From Paragordius varius (Eukaryota > Animalia > Nematomorpha): DNA of 64,000 nucleotides. The DNA lies in assembly GCA_964247055.1 (NCBI GenBank), contig OZ176054.1:1302001-1366000 (forward strand), written 5' to 3'. A program made the translations under genes and the position numbers. Shown here piece by piece: positions 13,523-26,699 of this stretch (the stretch's first letter is position 1; every line of letters begins with the position of its first letter). The notes under the pieces were generated by a model. It saw nothing but the letters and a program-made list of their open reading frames with translations, had not been told where the DNA came from and did not search any database.

Positions 13523-15290
13523 GATGTCGGTGGTCAAGATAAAATTCGTACCCTTTGGCGACATTACTACACAGGGACCAAGGACTGATTTTTGTAGTTG
13601 ATAGTTCTGATCGAGATAGGATTGATGAATCTAAGCAGGAGCTGCGCATAGTAAATGATCGCGAAATGAAAGACGCCATCATTCTCATTTATGCAAATAA
13701 ACAGGATTTGCCTGACGGTTTGCCTTTTATTAACTCAGCGTTTTTTAAAACATTTTTACAATATTAAATACTTTTTTTCGTTAAAGAGCCATATTATAAT
13801 AAAAGTTATATTTGTATCAAAAATGCAAACGGGCCCATACTTGCTTAAGGGTTTGTCCTTAATTAGCAGTTTAATGTTTTCTCAATTATATGATAAGCGA
13901 ATAATGGGGACCCTTTGGTTCCTAAACATGTTAACTATCACATTCATTCATCAAAAATTTTTTGCCAAATATATTATATTTTTTACCCAAAAAATTTGTT
14001 AGGAAAGTTTGTCGTTATTCTACCTTATTTTTACTAATGTTTTTAAAATATTGCAACAACTTTTCAATTTCAAAATATATTTTGATTCAAAAAATATCGT
14101 TATTTATTAAATGGGTATGATGTCATTGGTTATACATATTTTACGCGATTAAAAGTATAAACGAAACAAAAATATTTGAAGAACAAATTTTTCTAGGAAG
14201 AATTTGAAATGTTTAAGGACGAATTTATCTTTTACTGCGAATGGATGATAAGCAATCCATTTTACCAAAAACTTTTTAAAAAAACATAATTATATTTTCA
14301 TATGTTCCCTTTTATATTTTATGTCCTTAAAATATAGGGACTATATAATTAAATACCTCACAAACACGTATATAACAACTCATATGGTAATGATCAAATA
14401 AAAATTAAATCATAAAAGTATGGTTAATTTTATTAATTTTGTGGGACATTTTATTACAAAGCCACACATTCGCGTTTTCTTTCAACTTTAAGAAATACAG
14501 TCAAACTTTTATATTACCCTTTATACGCTATTTTATCCTTTCAAAGGAGGTAAGCGTGTTATAGCTTTCCATTCCTTTCTGTCTAACTGCTTGTTCGATT
14601 GTTATATTGAGAAAGTCTAGGTTTTCTTGAATAGTCGATTGCCAGGTTTTACGAGGTCTCTTTTGCACAATACAAACAGTTTATTACTGATATATGCGTT
14701 ATAAAATTTATAAGATATATACAGCAGGAATCCCAAATGTTTATAAAATAATAATATTAGCGAAACGAACACAAAATTTAGGGTTTTACGAAACATTATG
14801 GATCTATTTGATTTTGAAAATAATATATTATAGTTTTTGAAGGAATAGCTGAAAAATACTTTTTTAATCTACCACAACATGCTTATTTCGGCGAATACTT
14901 CTATTGTTTAAAAACAGGTTTCTTTAATCTTAAAATAAACCGTTATTCTTAATTCTGGCCAATTTTTTCCATACGATTAAACCATACCCAAAACACTCTT
15001 TTTTGTGATTGGAACTCTTTCATTTAAAGTTACTTTCTTTTATAGATATATTATTTGGAACTAGCTGAATAAACGTAGCTTCTGTATTTAAAATAAGTTG
15101 AAACCAAAATTTTATTAATTTGTATATCTTTATAAATGTAAATTTAGCTATGAAACGCGCTGAACTCAAAGAATAACTCGGCCTTAATCGTATTCGAGAC
15201 AAAGCTTGGTACATTCAACCTGCATGTGCGACAGCTGGAGATGGTCTTTTTGAGGGCTTGACTTGGCTTATTTCTAATCAACGGTTATAA
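13523..15290 (+). pseudogene. ARF6: Unprocessed ARF6 pseudogene fragment (last two coding exons)
   Basis: Exon 13523-13717 reads [19 protein letters not shown], frameshift, [45 protein letters not shown]. Exon 15148-15290 reads [46 protein letters not shown]. This matches the ARF6 C-terminal half. It carries a 1-nt deletion, a codon deletion and an internal TAA. 5' exons were not found. Confidence 0.85.
14540..14690 (-). mobile_element. Short 3' fragment of an RTE-like LINE inside the ARF6 pseudogene intron
   Basis: The minus strand resembles the RTE 3' end (IQENLDFLNITIEQAVR..KEWKAI). Short and degenerate. Confidence 0.35.
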
Positions 15291-15479
15291 CCCCCCTCCT
15301 CTAAAAATGAACATTCTCATCTTGCCTTAAATGTAAGGTGACCAGATTTTTTGAAGGAAAAAGCGGGACAAATCTGAGAAAGGGGGGGGGGTCATTGGGG
15401 GGTACAACCAAAAAATTTTATACAAAAAAATTATTGTAATATTTATTTATTATTAACACAAATACATTATAAATATAAA

Positions 15480-16275
15480 AAAATATGTACCTCACAGGTT
15501 GCTTTTACCTTAATATATTTACATGTTCACGAACAATAGGTGAAGTGATTGTAATATTCTAGAAAAAAATTATAAAGACGAAATCATCACAAAGTGCGCT
15601 GGGTGATGCAAGAAGCGGCACACAACGCTATTCAAACAGCTACTGACCCCTGGATGTGGAAAATATAGATGTTAAAATGCTTGGATATTGTAGAACTGTT
15701 GGTTAGCTCTTTTGCCAGCGATTGAAATATTTATAAAAATGTGATCTCCTAGAATCCTTTTTTTATCACAGGAAAAAGGTCAGAATTCCACAAAAAAGAT
15801 TAGATAATAATTTTATACCATTACTAATCGTATTATAAAGCATCCAGAAAAACAAGGCTCAATGAATAGCCAGAATATAGAAATGTTTTATACAAACAGA
15901 AACGATTATTTGGAAGACAAGACGGTGCACAATGACACTTTTTTTATGAAGTCTCATTATTAAATAAATATATTGAATGAAAACTTATATTATGGACAAC
16001 AGAAAAAAATACGTAGGATGGAAATGGTTAAAATAATCATTTTTAACCAAATTATGTTCCATACAATAATATAATTGTAGAATTTGCATTATCTTTACCT
16101 GAACCGCTATTGAACGCGTTTTTCCATAGTAAATTAAGTAAGGACACGGAATCAAATTTAAATGTTGAATAAAAGCCATTTTATGTGTTCAAATATAATT
16201 TGACAAATTATGAAGACTTATACAATTTTTTAAGTAATTATGTTTATTTTTTAACACAAAAACTTTAAAGAAAAT
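15480..16275 (+). pseudogene. Inverted, deleted and diverged copy of the same hAT transposase
   Basis: Plus-strand blocks are colinear with the minus-strand transposase: tgtacctcacaggtt (15486 vs about 17780), cacaacgctattcaaacagct (15621 vs about 17320), ttggttagct..ttttatcacagga (15700-15772 vs 17085-17160), and gaatttgcattatctttacctg (16080 vs about 16480). Confidence 0.7.
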
Positions 16276-16278
16276 ATT

Positions 16279-18048
16279 TTATTCTTTGGTATATTTTTTG
16301 TTTGAGTGAATGCTTTTTAGCAGATTGTCATCATTTTTTAAAATATTGTAGAAGTCTTCACAAGAATTTGTCAAATTCAGATAAAACGGCCTTTAAAGTT
16401 TTAACATTTAAATTTGATTTTTCCGATGTCCCAGATTTACTGTGGAAAAAACGCGCTCAGTAGCAGCGTTGGTTCCAGGTAAAGATAGTGCGAATTCCAC
16501 AATTTTTAAAATATTATTGTATGTAATATAGGTTGGCTTTAAAATAATGAAATATTTCCAACCATTTCTTTTCTACTGTATATTTTTCTTTGTCCATAAT
16601 TTAAGTTATTATTAGTATATCTTTTAACTAATGATACTTCAGAAAAAAGATCATTTTCGAAAGATTACTTTTTGAGAATTTTTAGTAGCAGATATAATCA
16701 AATGATTTTTGTCCATCGCACCAATTAAATACTGATTTTGATGTTATACAATGAAAATGATCAACAATTGCGTCGTTTAGTCTTCCAATAATCTTTACAG
16801 TTTGTATAAAATATTTTTTATATTGTACAGGATACCTTGGTGATTTATTAAGCCTTGTTTTTTATATTGCGGATGGTTAATGGTATAAAATTATTTTCTA
16901 ACCGTTCTTGACATTGGAATTTCAGGTTACTAACTTCATTGGCTACTTCGATTGCCGAAATTTTGTCACTTTCTATAAATTTAATAACATTTTGAAAGAG
17001 AGAAGCTTGATTATGTAAGAATTCTAACCATATTTTTGAGGAATCACTTTTAAAAAAACTTTTATAAAGTTGTAGGACATTTGTCCTGTGATAAAAAAAG
17101 ATTTTAAAGGATCATACATGTTTAAAATTCTTTCGATAGCTGGCATAAAAGCTAACCAACGAGTTTTACAATATAGAAGCATTTTTTGATATTGAACTTC
17201 TGCATTTTCACAGAATTCTTTAAGCGTTTCAACACGTACCATGTATATAAAAATAGGAATATATTTTAACAACTACATTTTCCACATCTAGGGGTAACAA
17301 ATCAACAGCTGTTTGAATAGCGTTGTGTATAATATGCGCTGCACACCCAACGCCAATAATTTGATTAAGATTATCTGTTAATTTATGAAAATTATTTTTT
17401 GTTCCCCTGCTTGCTTTTCCACCAAAGCTCGTATTAGTTTTGTCAGCGCAATATGCGATAATTTTGTCTTTTAAATTATTTTTTTTAGAATATGCATTAT
17501 TGAAGTAAATATTATTTCGGAATTTTTATGAGGTAGGGAAATTAAATCTAAAATTTTAATTTTTACTCCGGTTTCTGAATCGAAATATCTTATCAAAGCG
17601 GAAAATAATTTTGTTTCATGGTGATTTGATGCATCATAGTACAGGGATAAGAAATTAATTTTTAGCAAATGTTTTTGTATTTCAGAAAATGCATGTGGCG
17701 AAAGGACACTGCACACAATGGCTTCAGCCTTTGTACGGGCCCATGTAAATTTTTTATGGAATAACGTGCGAATAACCTGTGAGGTACAGTCCATAGATCT
17801 AAAGGAATGATTGTAATTAACGGCGTGAAAAGATAACACGCCCTCAGCTATGATGCCGCCATATCTAAACATTTTTTATGTTTCTGTGTTTCCATATGCT
17901 TTGTAATATCATGCTTGTCGCCATGTGCCAGGGTGAATTTCCCCTCGCATATAAGGCATTTAACAGATGATTCATTCTTCGTTTTTTTAATAAAAGGAAA
18001 ATCTTTCATTAATTCATGGTTGAATTTACAACCTCTTTTTGTGCTCAT
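16279..18048 (-). pseudogene. Disrupted hAT transposase
   Basis: ATG at 18048 with a BED-like zinc finger (KCLIC...HMETQKH); LYYDASNHHETKLF (catalytic D region); CAAHIIHNA; KTRWLAF; dimerisation motif VEFALSLPGTNAATERVFS near 16450-16500; stop near 16279. Several frameshifts. Confidence 0.85.
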
Positions 18049-18066
18049 ATTTATAAACTACTATTA

Positions 18067-18295
18067 GTATATAAATATTATATTACCTTAATTTTCTGGT
18101 ATAAACGTGTAAGGTACCGATTTGTGGTAATTTGTCTTTTAAACTACCGATTTGTGGTATTAATTTGGATAATAATGTTGGCAAGTAATAAAAAAATATT
18201 AGTATAATAAATATTATATTACCTTAATTTTCTGGAATAAACGTGTAAGGTATCGATTTGTCTTTTAATCTAGAGATTTGTGGTATTAACTTGGC
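18067..18295. repeat. About 130-bp imperfect tandem duplication in the hAT 5' non-coding region
   Basis: aaatattatattaccttaattttctgg.ataaacgtgtaaggta.cgatttgt occurs near 18073 and again near 18209. Confidence 0.7.
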
Positions 18296-19399
18296 TCTTT
18301 GATAATGATGACAGTAGTAGTAGGAAGGAAAGTGTATAATCATATGATATAAATTCGAAAAAAATAAATATTTTTTAATTAAATAAAAAATTTTTATTCA
18401 AAATTTATATAGATTTTAAAGATATTTAATGATAAAAAATTTAAACAGATAAAAAATTTATTTGTATTAAAAATAATTTTTTTATATAATCGTGAAAAAG
18501 CGGGACATTTTAAAAACGTAACGGGAGGCGGGACAAAGTGTGAAAAGGCGGGACTGTCCCGCCAAAAGCGGGACGTCTGGTCACCTTACTTAAATGTGAT
18601 AAAACAAGAAATACAATTATGCGGTAGATATATCTTAGGATATTTCTGTCCTACACAATCTCACCTAATATATTAATGGAATTTTTATCAACTTTTCAAA
18701 TTCAATCCAATGCTTGTTTGATAAATATCCGGTTTTCACTTTTTTTGTAATATAATGTTAACAAAAAAAATTATTCAAAAATTATTATGTACATGATACC
18801 AAATAATTCCACTTAATTATTGATGAATATGTAAAAATTACTATTTATTTTACATCCATCACACACTGCATTTAAAAATACATATCACTTACTCGCCCAC
18901 AAAACAATTTATCGTTGTAAAATATTCTCACTTAAGGATTGACTTTATTGAATCAGAACTTTGTTGTCTTTATTGTTATAGTATTAGCTAATGTTCATTA
19001 ATACTGCATTCATAATCTATATATTTTAAGGTAAAATATCAAAAAATCTTCCGTTATTTAAAACTAATACAACACGGCTTTCCATAATATAAAATTGCAA
19101 AAATTATTAATATGATACATGTAAAATATATTTTATTTATATTGCAATAAATAAAGGTTTTAACATAGCGAAATGGAAATGTAGACAAATCACCCGCTAC
19201 ATAAGAAATTAAGAGTGACTGAGCTAAACTAAGAGATTAATGTCAATAAGGGATTTATATTTGGAATTTAAAATCTCTTTTAATAGTTGTTAAATAACAC
19301 TACACAACAAATTTTTTTTTAACTGCCATTCTTGTAAATTTAATTATTAAAGTTAATTAGTATATCTGAAAAAAATTAATCTAGCATGAAAGAATTTTT

Positions 19400-20050
19400 T
19401 TATATTAGAGTTTATCGATAATTTTTGGCCCCAAATAAACATTAAACTCGAAATTTCGAAAATTAAAAGGTTTTAGATATGAAGCCATGTATTTTATATC
19501 ATTCGAAAGAGCGCAAAAAACTGCATCTTTTAAATGGTAGTAAGTCATTTATATCAATCGGATGTAAAAATTAGGATTTAAATGGTCGAAATTTTAAATA
19601 CTTAAATAAGTCAAGAATTATCATAGACAAACTAATTTGAAAATCATATAAATTATTTGATTATAATTTTTACGGTTATATTAGTATTTACATTAAAAAA
19701 ATGTTTAAAAAAGCTTTTGGTTTACTTTTTTAATAAAAATTGTTATTATCATAAATATTTTACCTATTGGATACTAAAATGCATAGCTATAACTGTAAAT
19801 TTATTAATAATGGCTATAAAAGATCCCTTAAACTTTGTTTTTATCTTTAAAATTTCGAAATTATTAGCTAGTAAAGAAAATAAATTAGTATTGATGAGAT
19901 GGTTTTAAAAAATAAAAAACTTAAAAATGGCTGTTTTGAGTGACATAAAAGCAATAAAAGTGTTTTAATCAAAAAAACTTTCTTGTATTATTTTTTTAGA
20001 CATTCTTCACCATCTAAACAAAGCTCAGCTATTTTCATCCATTAGTTTTA
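19400..20050 (-). repeat. Dispersed non-coding repeat related, in opposite orientation, to 1550-1870
   Basis: The reverse complement of 19410-19455 resembles 1820-1860 (ttggggccaaaaa.t.tcgataaac). The reverse complement of 19955-20045 resembles 1553-1640. Probably a non-autonomous transposon family; family not identified. Confidence 0.45.
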
Positions 20051-21861
20051 AAAATATAATAATTAAAAAAAATGCTCTCGCTTCGCGCGTTTGTCGGTCT
20101 CTCTGTCCAATATTAACTGTCGATGTAATACATATTAGTATGCATTTTATAGATTTTTTAATACTCTTTCGAATGATATATTAAAAATGGGCATTACTTG
20201 TATATTTTCCAAAAAAAACATTATTTAGTAAAATTTTGATAAAGAGGGCGCATAATCAAAAAAATCAAATTATACAGAATTCTTCCAACGAGTTATAATT
20301 TTTATTTCAGATTTACTGTTAAAATGATACTAAATATCAGAAAATGCAAATAACTCGAATGGCAGAAAAATATGTTTACACTCTACATTTTCTAGTCATT
20401 GTAATAAATAATTTGGTTTATATTGATATCTGCCTTATAACATTTGATTTTATAGTTTTTCCAAAATTAAAGGTCTTTTATGTTTTCCACAGTACTATGG
20501 ATTTTATAAAGTTGTGTAAAACTATGTTTTCTATATTGACAAAATATTATCTTAATTATAGGTAATATCTTACTTGATTTCAAAAAATTTTGCTAAATCT
20601 TACATATCTTGTATATATTGTTGACAAGCACGCCATTTTCTAAGTTTGATGAAAATATGTCCTTTAAAGCGATAATTTATTTGTATAAACAGACAAACGT
20701 TATTAATATGTCGGTTTAATGACCCTAGCTTTTGCTGATAAGCTTAGAGTAAAATGAAACTTGAGTCCATAGTTCTATTATATTATTGATATTTACAAAC
20801 TTGTATACATCTAATAAAATAAATTTATTAAATGCCTATTTTTACAGAAGGGGGAAACTAAATGGCTATTTAATACACGGCGCAATTCTTGACGCATATA
20901 TTAAAGAATAAAAAAATTTTACTTTGATTTTGATCATGGCCAGCTGCTAAATATATGATTAGAATTTTTAAGCGTAAAATAAGAGTTTTATTACATCTGG
21001 ATAAAGTTAAAGTTAAATTTTGGGTGTATTTTTTGTTTTCCGATATAAATTTTTGTTAGAGACAATATCCTTAATAAATCGAAAAACCTTATACACGAAG
21101 AATAAAACAAAGATATGAATGAGCCAACCAGCTGGGCCTCATTCGGCCTTAAGGATATGTAATATGTAGGCTTCAAAATTTGATATTAACAAATAACCAA
21201 AATACACCCATGGTTTGTACAATAATTAAATTTTCACAAAATTCATTTTGGGGGTTTTTATATTTTATTTGAAATTACCGCATAACTTTTGGATGTTTTC
21301 AATATATTTAACGCTAAAAGCACGTCGATTGGCGGGGGATACCCAGCCAGGAAAACCTTCCTTTAAGAGAAAATTATATAAAACAAAAATTAAAAAATTA
21401 TTACTCATAATAAATTCAACCTAAATTGAATCTTTTTTGAAAAAAGGATCAATTTACATTATAAATTACGCCATCCTTTGAATTTCCATTGCGATTTTTA
21501 TTAACTAAAGTTATAAATTTTTACGATAGCATTTGCCATAATTATTATAAACGACCAAATCTTAAAAGGGCCTTTTGTGAAATTATTATTACAGCCATAA
21601 GGAGTTGTTTTACCATATATAGGCGGTTGTAATATTAAGTTTTTTGGACCGACGATGTTTAGTTGAATAAAGAAAATTTGAAAATTTTATTTTATGGCTT
21701 ATAACTTTCGGATTTCTTTTGTTAGATCTAACTAAATTTTTTTTATATTAATGTATGTGAAATAATTTAATCAGGGCCTTTGAAAATACTCTGCATTTTA
21801 GGGCAGCGTTTAAGAGTATAGTTAATTGGGGTTTATATTGATAATGTATTATAGTGTTATT

Positions 21862-21945
21862 CTAAATGACATCATCGTTACATAGCGATGAAGGGTTTAT
21901 ATTAACTTTGATTTGATTGTTGAATCATAAAAGTGTTTTAATATT
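21862..21945 (+). promoter_or_regulatory. Candidate core promoter and short 5' UTR of kinase 1
   Basis: TGACATCA (21867-21874), TATATTAA (21898-21905) and TCAT (21925), then aaaagtgttttaatatt-ATG. The same motifs, at nearly the same spacing, precede kinase 2. Confidence 0.45.
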
Positions 21946-24900
21946 ATGAACTTTAAAACATTTTTAACGATGTGTTGTTGTGGGAGTTGTTGCGTGGAAA
22001 GGAACGATGGTGAGGAGGGGACAACAGCCGATTCTAGGAGGAATCGAGCCTGTTGTCCCCGGTGGAAGAACCGGTGGGGGTTCTTCCAGAAGAGGAGGGT
22101 GAATCCTCCGGGTAAGATTTTTTTAAATATTTCTTGCTTGCTTTTAAGAGTGCAAGTTTAATTTATCCTAATGCTGATTAATTATTATTTAGATGGCGAT
22201 GTGGGGAAACGCGGGGTGCCCCGGAAGAGTTTGTTAGGAGCTTTGCGACAAATATTCCGTAAGAAGCGTCGTCCCCCTCCAGGTATTATAAACCTACAAT
22301 TTTTTAAGAAATGTCGTGTGCTACGGCAAAGTTGGTAAATCTTTTTTACTACCCAATAACTTTTATTACTATTTTTAAACAATAATAAGGATAATTACAT
22401 ATGGATGTCTAAAGTTAATAAAGTTAGCTTGCATAATTCATAAGCGATTAAAATATTGTGTTAAAAAAAACCTTAAAACAGAGAAAATGATTTAAAGTAC
22501 CAGCTTTGTTCCGTTATTCATCAAGTAATTTAAGGTTACGATATGTAAATATTTATAAAAAACGATATCGTTCCAATTAAATAAAAGATAGTCAAATAAA
22601 TTAAAATATTTTTGATTTATGGTAATTTGTTAACCTTTTTTTAGATGCCAAGCAAGAAAAACCAGGAAATGAATCAGGTAATTACAGAAAAATATATTGA
22701 TATTTAAGTATGAAGAATGTTTTGATTAACATGCCAAATATAATCAATTTAAATAAATACGATTCTGACAAAGTTTATTCAAATTAACTTTTAGTTGTTG
22801 TTATTTACAGGCAAATATTTTTTTTATTTAGTTTACCACAGTATTGTAGGGGCGCAAGAGGAGGGCGCTGGTGATTTCGAGCCTGCAAAAACAGGTAGAT
22901 TATAATTATACTTTGGTATTTTTTTGGGCATTATTCTATATATCAATACAATCAAATTTTAATAAATCTTGAATGTTTTAAAAGTATATTATTTTTAACC
23001 TTTATTTAGTTTCATCGCAGTATGGTTCGGCTAAATCTTGTTGGCAAAATGACTCATGTATTATATAAAATTATTATATAAATACTTTTTACAATTGTTT
23101 ATAAAACCGTCAATATTTTAGTATCCAGTTATCATGATGCAGTTGACCCTCCGAAAGCGGTGAGTAAATATTCATCTCTTAAAATTTTTCTTTTCATAAA
23201 CAAAATTAATGAAAAATATCATTACTATCAACATTTTTATATTTATTTTATGGCACAATAAAGATTATCAAAAACTTCCCGCCCGAATATAATGTTTGCA
23301 AAAAACTTGGAAAAGGGTAATTTTTAATTACTTCAAAATATTTTCTAAAATTGTAGTTTAATTACTTAATGATTTTATACTTTTTAGGGGCTTTGGTACT
23401 GTGTTCCTTGCCAAATATCGTAAAGAGTATGACGTAGCATTAAAAAAGATAAAACTCAAGAAGAAACAGCTTAATTACGAAGCGGTCAGTGAAATATTTT
23501 TATTGATGAACCTTACACATCCCAACATTGTCAAATATCTTGGCTCCAGCTTTTATAGACACAGTTTATGGGTAAAGGAGTTATCTAATTGCATGAATTA
23601 ATATTTACAATATGTGTCATTTCTCTTTCTATTAGTGCTTTTTTCATTATGCACAGATCGTCATGGAGAACATTGATGGGGTTACTTTGTGTGATTTGGC
23701 TCGTCAAAAGCTTTGCGAACCTTTACTAGCCTTAATCTGTCATCAGGTTAGTTTTATATTTTGTTACATTAAAATGCTGATTTCGACTATTTATCTTTCA
23801 CACGATTTTAATTAAGCGTATTTTGGATGATTTCCGATTTTAGTGTTTCAAAATATAAAGTTTATCGATGCATGCACTCAATATTGATGTGAATGTATGA
23901 TACCGAACAAATATACTGCTTAAATCTAACAATCTTGTAAAAATATGTATCAGGATTTTTTGGTTTCGGCTTTATGTATAGATATAATTATCATTTATAT
24001 GAAATGAATCGTATATATGAAATAATAAGTCTAACGCATACAATATTGAATGCCAAAGGATTCATAAAAATGTTTAGTTATCACATCTGGCTTTCAAACT
24101 ATAACCAAAGCGATAATCCATGATTGGACCTTAAACGCATATATATTGATGGTTTTTAGGCGAAATTTCTAATAATTTTACATAAAAAATGTACCCTTTT
24201 CAAAAATATTTATCTTCAATGTATAAACTAGCCATTAAATATTCAATCTGGTTTTTCGAACACAATTTCGAAATTTATAATTTTGTTTCGATTACAGTTA
24301 GGACTTCAAGTTGGTCCTTAAACATTTCAGGTTGGTCCTTTAGTCAATGCGTTTTAATTTCTCTCAAACTATCTATAATTTTTTTAACTGATTCTAATTT
24401 TATTGCTCAAATCTTCAAACATGTATCCATTTTAACCGAGTCCGAAAATGTGAGACTTAGGCCTATTAAATTTTAATATATTATAGATATTGTTTTGGTC
24501 TTTAAATATAGTTTATAATATTTTTTAAAAATTTTCTGAAACGATGATCGTAACTTCCACTAAATTTGGGCTATTTTGATATGGGGCAATAACATCGTCA
24601 TCTTTCTTATTGGTAAAGCTCAAAAGTAAAAATAGCAGAAAAATCCTGAAATATTTGTCCATAATATAACATTTCATCAAGATATTTGTGAACCCCGTAA
24701 TATACTGTGTTTGTTTTAATCTATGTTAGGCTAAAACATCATTTTTACGCTACAACAGGTTTTTAATATAAACATCAATTTAAACCTGTAAAACATTATG
24801 GCTATATAAGTGTAGGATATATTAAATAAAGAATTAAGAGTAAATTTAACTAAAAATTAACATGATGTTATATAACTTTTTGCCACTTTTTCATAGATCT

Positions 24901-26168
24901 TGGAAGCCTTATCTCATATTCATTCCAAATATATTTTACATAGAGACATAAAATCTACCAATATCATGATTGATTCCAATGGTACAGTCAAACTCCGTAA
25001 TATATTTAATTAATTGAAAATATATACAACTCTAACCACGACCCCTGGGCCGCATGCGACTCTTAAAATGCTTCTTTGTTACCCTGAACCATATATTAAA
25101 TTTTTTGATATACTTTTTTTAAGTATTAGTATCTGCAGATGCGTCAAGCAGCCATAAAATTTTTATCGGTATTATATGGCGCGTGACCCTTCAAAAATAA
25201 TATTTTTTGCGCACCTTAAATTTTTTGGTGAACACCACTGATATTATAAAAGGCTTAACAAAAATTTGAATATTATAAAATATGCATTTAACTATGATTC
25301 CATAGCAATGTATTATTAACAATGGAACTAAATTTTTTTTATTGTCCACAACAAAAAAATAATTATATAGAAGAATTTACACAATTTTGTTAAATAATAG
25401 TTGATTTTGGACTGGCAAAATTGAGCTACCATCCCTCTGCCAAGATAGTCGGCACACCTTGCTACTTGGCAGAGGAGACCCTTTTTAAGGGTATACAGGA
25501 TCGGAAATCGGATATTTGGGCCCTGGGCATCGTTTGTATTGAGATGGTAGATGGAGAGTTACCCTATGCACATCTCCATCCCAGCCAGGTAATTTTATCA
25601 ATTTTTTTCATAGAGCTGAATTGTAATACAATATGCATTTTAATGGTTGCTTATTTCACACTCTAGTTGGGCAATTTGCAACTCAGTAATGTATGGAAAA
25701 AGGAAAGCAAAAAAAATTATTTATCAACATTTTATTGTTTTTTCAATACACCACTGTTTTGCAAATTCCCCAACTATGCGTGAAATAAGCATCCATTAAA
25801 ATTCATACTGTATCTATGGTTTTTACGGCATAATAAAACATAAAATTAAAATTAGATCATGCATAAGATGATGACTCAAGGCAAACCATTCTGCAACAAG
25901 AGGTGCAGCATTTCCTTTTCAGAATTCATTAACGTCTGCCTGGAGGACCCTCCACTACGTCCACCAGCCTCTGATCTTCTGAAAGTATGTTAATTTTTTA
26001 CATAATCAAACGAAATCTTTTTATGCAATTAAACTCATTTTATATTTGCAATTATTTTTTTAGCATCCTTTTCTCGATTTGGCCGCCTCAAGGGCGTGGC
26101 TCAGCTATATTGTCGCAACAAACAAAGTAAACATATATGGTGATTTTTTACAAAAATATATTAAATAA
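21946..26168 (+). CDS. STE20/PAK-like Ser/Thr kinase paralog 1, about 428 aa, N-terminal Cys cluster, no CRIB domain
   Basis: Hand-built exons, all GT-AG and frame-consistent (1287 nt): 21946-22111, 22193-22282, 22645-22677, 22832-22894, 23010-23057, 23122-23159, 23264-23316, 23388-23571, 23657-23746, 24897-24996, 25401-25588, 25856-25984, 26064-26168. Motifs: [77 protein letters not shown]. The 3' end is uncertain because of a possible extra donor at 26127. Confidence 0.9.
25027..25240. mobile_element. hAT (Charlie-like) MITE remnant in kinase 1 intron 10
   Basis: Right end ggtgaacaccactg (CAGTGGTG-type TIR). Left subterminal ccctgggccgcatgcgactc is typical of Charlie-type elements. The left TIR is degenerate. 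Confidence 0.45.
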
Positions 26169-26699
26169 TTAATGTTTTTATTTATATATACAAAATCAAG
26201 CAAAAAGAAGCGTATAAAATATAATGCTGACCAAATTATTTAGCAACTGCTAAAAATGACCATTATCATTTTGCATAAATATCGGCCTTGATTAGCTTGC
26301 ACATTGCATTTATAGAACTAATGGCTAAAGTATACATATTTCGTTGCCTTTTAAATATAACCAACAAAAAGTCGTTTACTAAAAAAATTATTGCTGTATA
26401 ATATAATGTGAGAAGAAAATTCACTAATGCACCAATTTAACCCAAAATTAAATTATCATTATAGAGAGGCTCTCATATTTATTTCATTTTTGTTATGCAT
26501 GTTAAACGAATTTTTTTTGAATCAACATACCATTTGTTTTGTTTTGCCATTTTTTATTCAAATTCAAACATTGCTATTCCGAACCAAATCCTTATTGAGC
26601 TTTCAGAATCCGAAAAAAATGATAAGCTCTATAAGATAATATACAGTTTAAATTTCTTTTTTTCCTTTTTTATTAAAGGGTAAAAATTGTATTCGGACA

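Larger units (their letters stand above)
15334..18588 (-). mobile_element. hAT DNA transposon (Blackjack-type termini), 3255 bp
   Basis: 13-bp TIRs TAAGGTGACCAGA / TCTGGTCACCTTA. Perfect 8-bp TSD CTTAAATG at 15326-15333 and 18589-18596. Subterminal GCGGGAC repeats at both ends. Transposase remnants inside. Confidence 0.95.

Noticed and set aside
15380-15415. G-runs suggesting a G-quadruplex
   Set aside because: There are only two G tracts, in the hAT subterminal region, and no further support.
16690-16740. IGAMDKNH on the minus strand, resembling the PIF/Harbinger IGAxDGxH motif
   Set aside because: It lies colinearly within the hAT transposase remnant, lacks the conserved G, and has no Harbinger termini; it is a chance reading frame.
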